The translations under genes were made by a program, and so were the position numbers. From Macrostomum lignano (taxonomy: Eukaryota): 41,293 bases of DNA. Under the pieces are notes generated by a model. It ran no database searches, was not told the origin of the DNA, and saw nothing but the letters and a program-made list of their open reading frames with translations. Below are positions 25,651 through 36,543 of the stretch, one piece after another. Position 1 is the first letter of the stretch. Each line of letters begins with the position of its first letter. The DNA is taken from positions 1-41,293 of the forward strand of contig NIVC01003451.1 of the NCBI GenBank assembly GCA_002269645.1, given 5' to 3'.

Positions 25651-26601
25651 CTAGGTTCTATAGGCTACTTTCACATTCCTAATTCCAGAACCAGAATCAG
25701 TTTGGATCTTACAAGAAAAAAGCAGTATAACTAGGGCCTATTCAACTTTGTTGAACGTTTGACTGCTTTAAGAGCCTCACAATTTGCACAATTTTCGACT
25801 TTCTTCTTGGCTATTGCCATTCTGGCATTCAATAATTACAACTTTATAGCACGTAGGCCCTATATCCCTCTAGTTTAGGAGACAAAAGTTACTTTACAAA
25901 TTGGATCTGGTTCTAGAACCAGAACAAGCAATAAGAAAATGTGGTGTACGAATAATGTAGTAATAGTAGAAAGTTTGGCTCAAGCAAGAAGCCTGTTTGG
26001 CCAATATATTTCAGTGCATTTAAAAATAATTCAAGAGTAGAAGGCAATATTTATAACGCAGCAAGTACGACAGGCACCCAGCAGCAGCAGGTTAAAATAC
26101 TTTTAAACTATAAACGTTTTAAACAAAAATTCGACTACTTATAAAGGAAAAGTTATAAAATTCTAACTTGCATTCCTAAAATCGTCTTTCTGCTTAAATT
26201 ATACATTCTGGCAGTTATGCATGCGTGTAGGCTTATGCGTCCTCATATCTGATCGTCCCAGACAAGACCGAAAATTCGAAACCGATTTTTGAGCTTCCAA
26301 TTTTAACAGGGTCCCTCCGGCCAAAATTCCTGTCCAGAGGAAATTTTTATATGCCAAACAATTCCAGCAGGTAACTTAAGGGCCTGTCAACTTAAGATCA
26401 TAAAGCTGACCCCGAAAAAGTTAAAACCTATCTATCTACATAAATCATTATTACGTGTCATTCTGCTCACGTGACACCAGAAAGCTGGATTTGGCAAAAA
26501 ATACAAAAATTGGACCTGGGATAGGAGAGAACAAGCAAAGGGGACAATTTGGTACGTCACCTTATGAGCTTAAGTTTACATAAGATCGAGTAAGGTTGGC
26601 G

Positions 26602-26843
26602 ATGCAAAAACTGTAGTGTCAATAAAGACTTCATTAAAAGCGCAAGATGGACAGCAATAGGAAAATTTCTTATTCGACGACAGTAGCATTGCCAGTGTTG
26701 TCCCAACTCTACCCATTTTCCACTTCTATCCATCCTCTTCCCCCTCCCAGTCCCATCCCTTCTGCGTGGCCTTCTGCAGCTCCATCCTCGTCGCTCTCGC
26801 TCGTTGCATTTCTATCCCCTCACCAACCTCTCTCCCTGCTTTC
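26602..26843. repeat. ~241-bp repeat, copy 2 (inverted relative to 18956-19196)
   Basis: ATGCAAAAACTGTAGTGTCAATAAAG...CCCTGCTTTC matches the reverse complement of copy 1 with only a few differences. Confidence 0.9.
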
Positions 26844-26859
26844 TTTTTTCAATGGCTGT

Positions 26860-28013
26860 TGAAACTTTCCATGTCAATTTTCAGCCTCTTGACAAGAATG
26901 TGCGACGCAGTGGCCGAACGAGTGATACAACCCCAGACCTTGTACCGTGTAATTGACTGAGTGTGACAGACGAGTCGCAATTCTTTTCCAGTTTCGACTT
27001 TGCTAATCTGCCTCCGCGAGTGCTTGCAGACGCTTCAAAAAGCCTTGAGTGATGAAGCCCTCATCCCAGACGATGGTGTACAAGTAATTTGGAAGGTTTC
27101 TTTCTGGCTGCCTGGAGCTGGACGATGTGAACGGGAAGATCGTCCGAATTCAGCCATTACAAATGCGATTTCTGTTCATCGATCTGGGCATGGAGCTGGA
27201 TCGAAGGTGTCTGTGCGCTGGGTACCCCATCATTTGAACACGACCCAGATGCAAGCTCGTGTTGAGTTCGCGAACTTTATACTAAACAAATTCGACGCAG
27301 GGACTTTGAAATTTGGTGGACAACATCCTAATAGGGGATGAAACTTGGGTGTACTTATGACCCAGAGACAAGATCCCACAGCAGGCAGTGAATTGCCTTC
27401 GAAGAGGATGCCCCTTATTATATTTCTACTCAAGAGGAGTATCCGCAAGGTCATGACTGCAGTCTTCTTTTGGCAGTGTGGCATCCTGCCGCCCATTCTA
27501 CTCGAGGAAGGTACTGTGCTAAAAAGTGACTGGCTGCTGGTAGTCAGGTGTCTGCTTGCCGCAGGTGATGGAGTTCCTCCGTAAGGAGCGACCAAAGACC
27601 AGAGACCGTACCATTTTCCTGCACCATTACAATTCGCACCAGCTCACCGAGCCAGGGTGACGCAGGAGTTTCTGACATCGACTCAGCTGACTCTGCTGTC
27701 ACATCCAACCTACTCGACCGACCTCGCTCCTGTTGACTTCTTCCACCTTACAAAAATCAAGAAGAATCTCAAAGGAAGGCGCTTTGACTCAGAGGCGCTG
27801 AGAGTAGAGCTGGAAGTTTCATAGCTGGAAGCCGTCACTCTACTGTACTGTTTTAATTATAGCATCGTTTCATCGGATGAAGAAATGTGTCAAATCTGTC
27901 TGGAAACAATACGTATGTTGGGAAGTCTCATTAGGTGGGGGTAGATGCAGATAAAATTTTGAAGTGACAGCACTTTAAAATGTCTTTTTCCGCGAATTTA
28001 TTAGCAGCCCTCG
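26860..28013 (+). mobile_element. mariner-family transposon relic
   Basis: WVPHHL (WVPHEL motif), GDETWV and HPTYSTDLAPVDFFHL (YSPDLAPxD motif), with stops and frameshifts. The right end reads TA-CGAGGGCTGC in reverse complement (TA at 28014). The left end is not resolved. Confidence 0.82.
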
Positions 28014-28295
28014 TACTCCGTGAAAAGAATTGGAAATCTGAACACGGCTTTTCTTAATTCTAACCCAAAAACTATATTATATATTCCTCACTTGCCCACA
28101 GTCCACAGTCTATGGTTAAAAGTGGACCCGTTTATACGCCCCAGACAAGGAGTTCATATAAGTAGCTCATGGATGAATGGACAAACATTTTTCTCCAGAC
28201 TCATACTCGCTGTTATCTCAAAGGTCTTTCGCAATGGAAAAAAAAACTTAAACCTGGCGCAATACCAATGCAATACCCAGCTACGCTGCAGCTTC

Positions 28296-28730
28296 CAGCT
28301 TCAATCCCACCCCAAGTGTCACCGCAACCATCACCAGCTTCAATCCCACCCTAAGTGTCACCGCAACCATCACCAGCTTCAATCCCGCCCCAAGTGTCAC
28401 CGCAACCATCGCCATGCAGCTTCAGTCCCACCCCAAGTGTCACCGCAACCATCACCAGCTTCAATCCCACCCCAAGTGTCACCGCAACCATCACCAGCTT
28501 CAATCCCACCCCAAGTGTCACCGCAACCATCACCAGCTTCAATCCCACCCCAAGTGTCACCGCAACCATCACCAGCTTCAATCCCACCCCAAGTGTCACC
28601 GCAACCATCACCAGCTTCAATCCCACCCCAAGTGTCACCGCAACCATGGCCAGCTTCAATCCCGCCTCAAGTTGCACCGCAACCTTCGCCAGCTTCAATC
28701 CCATCTCAAGTTGCACCGCACTCACCAGCT
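28296..28730 (+). repeat. 39-bp minisatellite (~11 copies), ASIPPQVSPQPSP in the transposase frame
   Basis: Unit is CAGCTTCAATCCCACCCCAAGTGTCACCGCAACCATCAC. One unit has a 4-bp insertion. Confidence 0.95.
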
Positions 28731-29256
28731 TTCATGCAAAATCCAAATTCAACAAAGAAGAATTTGCGGCCTAAAATAAAGAAAATGGAGACAAAGTAAG
28801 AAAAGAAGGATACCTGACGCATTTAGAAGGAATTTGCAGCACTATAAGATGCGCTCAAAGCGGCTAACCAAAATTTTAAATGCAACCGTGAAAAGAGTTA
28901 AGCGGCTGGAAAATGAATCAGCAAATATGAGCAAAAATCTGAAGATGTTTTTTAACGAAAGAAGGACGAAGAATGATGCTAAACTCGAGCAGAGGGAAGA
29001 GTGGCAGATTTTTGGCGGACATTGGCATCTTTGCCGCACAGGTGCACTTCTGTTCTCCAAAGGCGTATTCTGTAATCAGACGAGTTGTAAAGTTACCGGC
29101 TGTGTCTACCATCAGAAGATGGAAGCTCGCTGTTGACGGGGATCCTGGTGTGTCCTCTACGGTAGTTTCAAAGATAAAGGAGCTATGTAATCAATCGATA
29201 TGGAACAAAAATTGGGTAATCGTGATTGATGCGATGAAGCTGCGAAAGGAGTTATG

Positions 29257-29908
29257 AAGTGATACATTTTGGCTCTAGAAAGCTCCCATCCAGATTGAAT
29301 GTATTTTAACCAATGAATGCGCTCCAAATAGCAAAAGCTGAGGACACGACCCCAACCTCAACCAATGAAAAACAGTTATGTACCATCCAATGCGATTAAG
29401 ACTGAAAAGTACTATAAAAGCTCATGTTAACCAAGAAAGAAGCTCCGCCCTTCTCTCGCTCCGCCTCTCCTCGCCCTTGCCTCTCCTTCGCCATTCTCCT
29501 AGCTTACCTCGCCTGACTATTTTGATTGACATAGTTAGGGTCTCAACCCAAACACCAAAACTGATAGATTGACTTACCATAGCTAAACCAACACCCAATC
29601 CACGTTTTACAATAGACTGAACCTTTGGTTCACCCGAACAACTAGAAACACCTTGTGACTTAAATCGAACGAGCTTCTTATTTGGAATTCACCCCTTAGA
29701 CATTAAATTTTGTGAGACAACATCTCGAGATTGTGACCATCAAATACAACGGTCTGTAAGTTACCATCAAGTGTTTGCATCATCAGAAAAAGTCAGTTGA
29801 ATCCGCCGCCTCAGTTATTTGGCTCTCACATTGATATTTGAAGTAGAACAAGAGCCATAGAAGTGAGAGACCAGAAGAAGAACAATAACGTATATTTTAA
29901 AATATTTC
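29257..29908. mobile_element. Unclassified 652-bp insertion with a 7-bp target-site duplication
   Basis: AGTTATG at 29250-29256 and 29909-29915. Removing the insert restores RKELC*SRAKGEFVGYEDLG. I saw no TIR or tail. Confidence 0.6.
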
Positions 29909-30335
29909 AGTTATGTTGAAGTAGAGCAAAGGGTGAATTCGTTGGCTACGAAGACTTGGGGAAGGCTGTTGAGCATACCAGAAGCTTTTTCGACATAAAA
30001 GCATGGGCGTCAAAAATACAAACTAACTGCTGGTCTATCAAGGGGCAAAATTCGTTTACCACGCAAAAGAGCGCAAATGTAATGTCTGGCCATGTAACTT
30101 GTATGTCTTTAAAATAGTGCATTCTTTTCCTATGCGCGTTAATCCGTGACTTTGGAATTAAGAACTTAGGGGGGGACTATTATTAAATTCCAGCAGCCAA
30201 TAAAATTCATGGGGGGAATATCCCAATTTTTTTAGGAGTCTTGGCTTAAGGACTCGCTTTTAGATGAGCGATCCTTTCTATTCCTTCATCCATGAAGTAG
30301 CTCGTAGCAACCTGGAGTGGAAACGAATTTTTCTG

Positions 30336-30680
30336 TTTTACCTCATGAGGCCAAACTAGCATAGACAGAGTCAGACAGAGCCATCTAGAAATTCAGTGCT
30401 GGCTCCTTATTCTTTAAAATTGGCACGGCCTCATGAGGTAAAATCGCTTCTGCTTCAGATTGCTAATTGTAGAGCTCCTTGCCCCAGGCGAGCGGGAAAT
30501 AAATCAATTATTGCCCGGGGCAAATAAATGAAGTACTTTAAGACATAGACTGCGTTGGCGGGCGAACGGAGAATACATACATAATTCCCCACTTGTTTGA
30601 CTTATCTTTGGCCGTAATCGTCTTCACACGCGTCTATTTGGCCTCGGCTACGACCAAAATAAATAAAACAAGTGGGGAAT
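30336..30680. repeat. Cluster of three short inverted-repeat (hairpin/MITE-like) units
   Basis: A 17-bp perfect IR TTTTACCTCATGAGGCC (30336-30352 / 30427-30443), then TTGCCCCAGGC/GCCCGGGGCAA (~30479-30523), then a 15-bp perfect IR ATTCCCCACTTGTTT/AAACAAGTGGGGAAT (~30585-30680). Confidence 0.65.
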
Positions 30681-32042
30681 AACATATACTTAATCCAAAC
30701 TGTTTCCTGGTAACCTGCTGCAGTGCGTTACAGTACACGTCCCGTCGCTACGAGCGTATTGTTAATTTTTCGAGCCTCTGATGAGATGTCGTAAAATCGA
30801 TTGATTTCTTCAGTATCGCAGATTTGAAATTGAGGAAATATACCGCCCGGTATTTTACGCTCGTAATTTTATTAGAAATCGATACAACAGTTGTAAGCCG
30901 AGCTACTTTGCTAACACGTCCGCAAGGTTGCATAGCAAGTCTCCGTACGGGACAAGTTGGTTTACTAAGAAACCGGCAATTTACAAACAAAATAGTAGAA
31001 TTCTATAATGAAAACTGAACTTTTCACTATAACAATCTCTCATCTTTGACGCTTGGACAAACAAAGCCAAAAGAGGTCTCACAATACGAGCCTATCACAG
31101 AAACACCTCTTCCTAATATTACCATTTGCACAGCGTAGTATACATACGATACAGTGAAACCCCTGGTCTTCTACGGACAGGGGGGATGCCCCCCAGTAAA
31201 CGCTGTGGGGAAGGAACATGCCAATCCTTGACCCGCCAAATTTTGATCGAGCGGTCTTGGAGTTTCAAGCTTTAATTACTACAAAAAAATTTATGCGTAC
31301 ATGCTGCAAAGCTGAATATAAATAAAAAAATTGTTTAGGCTTACTCTGCGTGTTGCCATTTGGCGTAAAGCAGTGAGCTGCGTTTTTCACCAAAGCCACA
31401 ACTAGCTGAGCGCTCGTTGTCAATGGACGGCAAAGATACGCTAACTCGTTTTTTAGATATCATGACAAACTAGCATTCTTAGATTGCTTAGCTGCATTTG
31501 CGAAATTGATTCAAGTCTAACAAAAAACTTCATTGAATATTAACTACGAGTATTTACAAAAAATTCTCACCTGCAGGGTTTAAAATAGATTATGGATAGC
31601 TATAGCTCTCTTCAAACTTAATCTACAAAAAACTAAAAAACACGGAACGCAAAACTAATCTACAATAGAAGCAACAATTAGAAACAACATTTAATATTGA
31701 AAATTTCATTCCTTGTCAAGTTTATTTTCGAAAACTATTCTCATCAACTTAAAAGTAAAAATATTAGTTTGTCATCACGATCATAAATCAACACTGTTTA
31801 AAAAATCAAAGCTCATTGAATCGGCTGTCAAATACTCATAAAAATATTGAGTTTACAGCATTCATGTAGAAGCTATATCATGGGTTGCAATATTAAAATC
31901 GTGAAGTCCTACATGGTTTGTTATCAAAGTCTATTGAAAAAGTACTAAGATATTCTGCACACAGATAGACTACCGGATGTTGAGGCGGGCTTAATAATTA
32001 TTAATTAACTTGTACTAAAACATTGAAAAGAATTAATTCCTG

Positions 32043-32607
32043 CTACATAAGGTAGATTACCAGCCGATCAGCGTAGCCGCTGCCCACTCTGCTAGGAGCA
32101 TCCTGGATGTAGTTGTAAACCAGAACTGGCAGAGATCCCTTGAAGCCCTCGCTAATCCAGGGACAGGAGTCTTCCTTGTCCGAAACGACAAAGAAGCTGC
32201 GCTCGGTGTCACAGCCCCCGCCCGTACTGCTGATTGAGAAATGCCGCTTTCTGGATGAGTCGCATTCAGCGAAAACTGGCTGAATTCAGTCCGGCCGATC
32301 CAAAATGGGTACGACGACTCGATCCGCTCCTTCGAGAACCAGTTTTCGCGAGTCAACTTGTCCGTATCCTTGGCAACGTTGAAAATCACCTGCGACACGA
32401 CGCTCTTGCCTTCGCGCATCTCAACAACCATCCTTGACTTGCCCGACTGCTTTACAGTCAAGGCCAGCTGGTCCAAGAGATCGGAGCGGTACACTGGTGG
32501 CAGCGAACCGTCTGCCAGCATTTTGAAGTCCTGCCTATGCGAAAACACGTTAAGCGCCTCTCGGTCGACATTTGCCTTGATTGTGAACAGAAGCTGCTTG
32601 TATTCTT
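32043..32607 (-). CDS. Tandem-domain protein, terminal exon (domain 4), 1-bp deletion near 32258
   Basis: Acceptor TTTGCAG|AA in phase 1, reading KQLLFTI...DGSLPPVYRSDL...NWFSKERIESSYP. Adding one G gives NGDSSRKRHF...GGGC..ERSFFVVSD...CPW...GYADRLVIYLM* (TAG at 32045-32043). Confidence 0.8.
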
Positions 32608-32736
32608 CTGCAAATAGAGAGAAATTAAAGAGTGAAACATGAAATAAAATTTTCATTAGCTTTATTAATCAACTACGTCAGTAGTAGCTTTAAAGGGTCC
32701 GGCAAACCCGTTTAATATAAAGCAAATACGACTCAC

Positions 32737-33341
32737 CGAAAATAATAATTTTTTTGTATTCGGCACGTGGGTCAAGGAACTCGTTTGACAGATAAATGAT
32801 CAATCTGTCCGCGTACCCAACGCTTTCGTGGAACGATCGACCCTGCTCTCGGTTGTAGGCCAGACTCGGAGGAGAGCCTCGCCAGCCTCGAGTTACCCAG
32901 TCGCAGCTGCCGCGTGAGTCAGACACCATGATGAAGCCTGAATCTCTGGTGCAACCTCCATAGTGGTTGCTGATGTAGAATTTTCGGCTAGCATCCCCTT
33001 CAAAGAAAAGTAGTTGAACTCTTTCCGACTAATTGGATAAGGGTAAGATGAGTACAGTCTTAACAGCGAAAACCAGTTCTCTTTGTCGAGCTTGTCAGTG
33101 TCGGTGGAAACATCGAATGCCACTTGAGAGACGACTTTATTGTCTTTGCGCATCTCGACGACCATCTTGGTCATTCCCGACTGCCTCACAGCTCGAGGAA
33201 GCTCGTCGATGAGATCGGATCTGTAGACCGGAGGCAGAGATCCATCGGCAGGCATTTTGTAGTTTTGTTGATGTTTGAATGTCTCCAGAGCCTTCAACTG
33301 CACGTTCGGAACAATAGTGAACAACAGCTGTTTGTCGTTTT
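32737..33341 (-). CDS. Tandem-domain protein exon (domain 3), 1-bp deletion near 33000
   Basis: Boundaries TTTAG|AA and TTC G|GTGAGT (phase 1-1). 605 nt plus 1 missing base = 606. It joins ORFs 32893-33324 and 32690-32929. Confidence 0.82.
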
Positions 33342-33579
33342 CTAAATTGGAAAGTGATGCAGGTTTGAATATTTTTTACAGTACTTATTTCTGGTGAATA
33401 AGTTTTGTTCACCTTAGTAAGTAATATTCGAGAATTTAATGGCTTTACATGCACCGATTCAATTTATTCGTAACCTCACACACAAATCTTTCCATTCGAG
33501 TAGAAATCAAGTTAAATACAGTAAAATCCGATACAATTCATACATAGTATTTGCAGACAGTTAGCTTTGGAAGGTCAAA

Positions 33580-34356
33580 CAACATGGATCGGCACGACCG
33601 GCTGGTTACCAATGCTCTCGCTCCAAGCCGAGCTCAGAGCAATTGAAAGAGCTCCGAACCTCCTAGAGCACCACAGGGAGGAGCGGTGGAGAGTCTGGGT
33701 AATCACTGACAGCAAAAGCGGCCTGCAGTCACTGCGCGGGCTCTCAAGGAACCCGATCGCCGTGGAAACCCAAGTCCAGGTTGCCATGAAGTAAGAGTCA
33801 CCATCGAGTGGAGATGGATACCCGCACATTGTGGCCTCTGGAACGAGAAGGCAGACCGTCTGGCTGGAGCAGCCGTCCATACTCAGCAGGAGGACACCCC
33901 GGTCCTCGCCAGTGTTGTAGTGAAGCAACTTGCCCGGCTGAGACGCGCACGCACCAGCGGTCCCGAAAAAAATACGGAACCTGAGGACCGGCCAAGGACC
34001 CCTGTTACGGCAGCAGAGATAAGGCGAACAGCTTCATGAGAATGAAAACGGGCTACTCACTTGAACTCGGAGTCTACTGCAAAAGAATAAGGAGGGTGCA
34101 GAACGGCCACTGCAAGATGTGCAGCGGTGAGGAGGAAACCGTGACTCACATAGTCCAATGCCCAGCAACTTTCTGTCAGAGAAGTGAGTGAGACGTGATG
34201 GCGCTGAAAGACCCAAACCACTTCAGAAAAGGCGTCCCCAAATTCTGGAAGTGGTAGAGAAGCAAACCACTAGAACAGCAAACACCAGGCAATACGGTAG
34301 CGTGAGTAGCAAAAAAAAACACAACAACAAAAACAACAACACCAACAACAACAACA
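33580..34356 (+). mobile_element. Non-LTR retrotransposon 3' fragment (RNase H, CCHC, (CAA)n tail), Ingi/I-like
   Basis: QAELRAI...VITDSKS...WIPAHCGLWNEKADRLA (RNase H), then CKMCSGEEETVTHIVQCP, then an AAC/CAA-repeat tail at ~34311-34356. Confidence 0.8.
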
Positions 34357-34376
34357 GCGGCAGCAGCAGCAGCCCG

Positions 34377-34842
34377 CCGGCCCCAACAGGGACCGCGTGC
34401 CCCAGTCCATCGGGGGCACGGTCATGGACGCTGCCTTGTCGTGGCGACCCGGCTTAATCCTGTCGTCGGCTCCTGCCGGTTGCCGGCGGCAGGAGAACCA
34501 AAGTGTCTACCCTTCGGCTATCGACAGGGACACAGCGGCTGCCTGCGTCCCTGCCGCCCTGCTATCAGGCAGGCGCTCCGACTCGGCCGGGAGTGCGACA
34601 GACCAGGCGCCGAAGCCAGGGTCGGCCGGTCCACCACTCGCCCCAGGCGAGGCTGCGTCTGGTCCCCTGGCTGACTCGTCTGGGATGACGTTGGCGCTGA
34701 CTGGCTCCGGTGGGAGGATAACATGCCATGCTCCCACGCTGGCAGCAACCACCCTTCCGGAGTCCAGGATGATGCGTGGCTTGTCCCCTCCCTGCCCGGA
34801 GTTCGGAGGCGCTTCCTGGAAGGCTAGCCCTTTACAACAACA
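34377..34842 (+). mobile_element. Probable second 5'-truncated LINE 3' end with ACAACAAC tail
   Basis: Flanked by imperfect direct repeats CAGC(G/A)G..AGCAG.AGCCCG (34355-34376, 34841-34859). It ends ...CCCTTTACAACAAC and contains HSPQARLRLVPWLTRLG, which resembles LINE C-termini. Confidence 0.45.
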
Positions 34843-34859
34843 GCAGTAGCAGAAGCCCG

Positions 34860-35880
34860 TCGTATCAACAGGTACGGAAAGCCGTGTTATTAAAAATGAA
34901 GTGGCTATGGTCATAGGCATCGCCTCTCCGAGATGACTCGGATGGCCTAGGGCTTGCCATACCACGATACCTGCTACCAGGCAACCACCTAACCCGGTGG
35001 GCACACACTACTTGGCCGCGGATTACGGAGGTGATTATTTCTCTGAGCTCCAGCTCGTCCGATGCCCCAAGTTCTGGCACTTCTTTTTTGCCACTGCTGC
35101 AACCCAAGCCCCAACGACTGCAAACGCTCCGGCCAGACTCTCAGAAAAGGTCTCCCATTCCTACACTGCCAAAGCACACCATGAAGAAAACTTGCCAAAA
35201 AATTTATTACAGCTGGGTCTAACGCTATCTACGGAACCAGGTATGGACGTATAGCGCCCATCACACTCTTGGTCCTGATGAGCGACACTCTGAGACTCGG
35301 CAGCCACGCCACCGCTCCGCAGTCACTCCAGACCCTGTGCCTTTCCTACGACGCCAGTATTCACACCGGGACCATCCCGCTCAAATGCGCCGGCCAAGAC
35401 TGCACCTCGTTTTGCCATCGCACGACAGCATGCAGAGAAATCCCCAGGTACAAGGGGTGCACTCTCGGAATTTGTCCGAGCCACTCGGCGATACCGGACC
35501 CCGTCAAGTCGATTGCCGGCCGTCGCGCTGGCGCCCTTTGTGAAAACTGCTGCGACCCGGGATCCGAACATGGCCTGTTGCGGCGGCTGAAGCCACAAAG
35601 TCCGCGCCGTCATCCGCTGATCCCTTGCAACCGCTGGGTCGACTATTGCCACAAAGTGTACACCGGCCTCAAAAGAACCGTTGCAACACAGAATGCCTTT
35701 AGCAGCATGCATTGCATCACCCCCGTGCCACCCGGAGGTGACCCCGGTGCACGCCAACCGCTCCGCCTGCTTCCGCACCATCGAGCGCCAGGAGTCAATT
35801 CGGTTTCTCCAATGGAACGCCGGTGAGGTCTCCCTCAAGATTGCCGAACTTCAAGACCACACCAAACAACAGGAACAACC
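34860..35880 (+). mobile_element. Non-LTR retrotransposon 5' fragment: three degenerate PHD-like fingers and the start of an APE endonuclease
   Basis: Cys/His clusters at ~35113-35250, ~35330-35490 and ~35540-35720, then IRFLQWNAGEVSLKIAELQ (APE N-terminal QWN motif). It is truncated immediately after. Confidence 0.65.
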
Positions 35881-35929
35881 AATCAGCATAAAGGCAACAA
35901 ATACTAACTGCTTTAAATAACACACTTAC

Positions 35930-36543
35930 CAAACATGACTGTCCGATTGAACTCCTCTCGCAGTTCCGCACCGAGTCCGTCAGGTAGATTGTGAACCGAT
36001 CAGCATAGTCCACTCCGCTCCTTAAGGTGGCAGTTCGGTATCTGTTGTACGCCAGCACTGGAGCCGAGCCCTTCCAGCCTTCGTTGGCCCAGGTGCACCC
36101 ATCGCGTTTGTCGGACACCATCCAGAAACCTCGATCATTGACACAACTACCGTAAGAAAATGAGGCCAAAAAGCGACGTTTCAAAGGGGCGTCCCCGTTA
36201 ATACTAAAGTAGTTCATGCTTTGTTTCGGATCGATATTGAATGGATACGACGAGACGAGTCGAGAGCGCGAGAACCAGTTCATCAGTGTGATCTCGTCGG
36301 TCTTCTCTGACAAGTCAAACACCATCCGAGCGCCCACGCGATCGTCCTTCTCCATCTCAGCGACAATATTTGTCTTTCCTGATTGCTTCACAGTGAGGGC
36401 GAGTTGATCGAGCAGGTCAGATCTGTAGACAGGAGGCAGAGACCCGTCAGTCGGAACCTTGTAGTTCTGCTGGACAGAGTACGCAGACAAGGCCTCGGTG
36501 TTGATATTGGATTTGATCGTGAACAGCACTTGCTTGTTGCCAT
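35930..36543 (-). CDS. Tandem-domain protein exon (domain 2), 1-bp deletion near 35965
   Basis: Acceptor TTGCAG|AT and donor TTTG|GTAAGT. It encodes NWFSRSRLVSSYP...FSINGD..KRRF...YGSCVNDRGFWMVSD...CTW...YADRFTIYL. 614 nt plus 1 = 615 restores a linker ending EEFNRTVMFG, colinear with AEFKKPLIVG. Confidence 0.85.

Larger units (their letters stand above)
20700..25750. other. AT-rich, CpG-depleted block of degenerate repeats
   Basis: About 5 CpG in ~5 kb by manual count, abundant TA/TAG/CTA, and no long ORF. The flanks are CpG-rich. Confidence 0.75.
28014..29990 (+). mobile_element. THAP-domain P-element/THAP9-like transposase relic
   Basis: THAP remnants are HLPT..LWLKW, KHFSPD and LKPGAIP. 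They are followed by a coiled coil and FAAQVHFCSPKAYSVIRRVVKLPAVSTIRRW...VIDAMKLRKEL. After an insertion the frame resumes as GEFVGYEDLG. Confidence 0.78.

Noticed and set aside
26647-26862. Duplicated small protein MDSNRKISYSTT... (also 18926-19150)
   Set aside because: Low-complexity translation of the inverted repeat. The two C-termini diverge as soon as the repeat ends.
29251-29910. Spliceosomal intron (GT...TTTCAG) in the P-like transposase
   Set aside because: GT-AG splicing gives the wrong frame. Removing the insert plus one copy of the direct repeat restores the conserved GEFVGYEDLG motif.
34377-34500. HDV-like ribozyme in the GC-rich hairpins (also ~34985-35005)
   Set aside because: P3/L3-like loops are present, but I could not build P1/P1.1/P2 by eye. 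An Infernal search would settle it.
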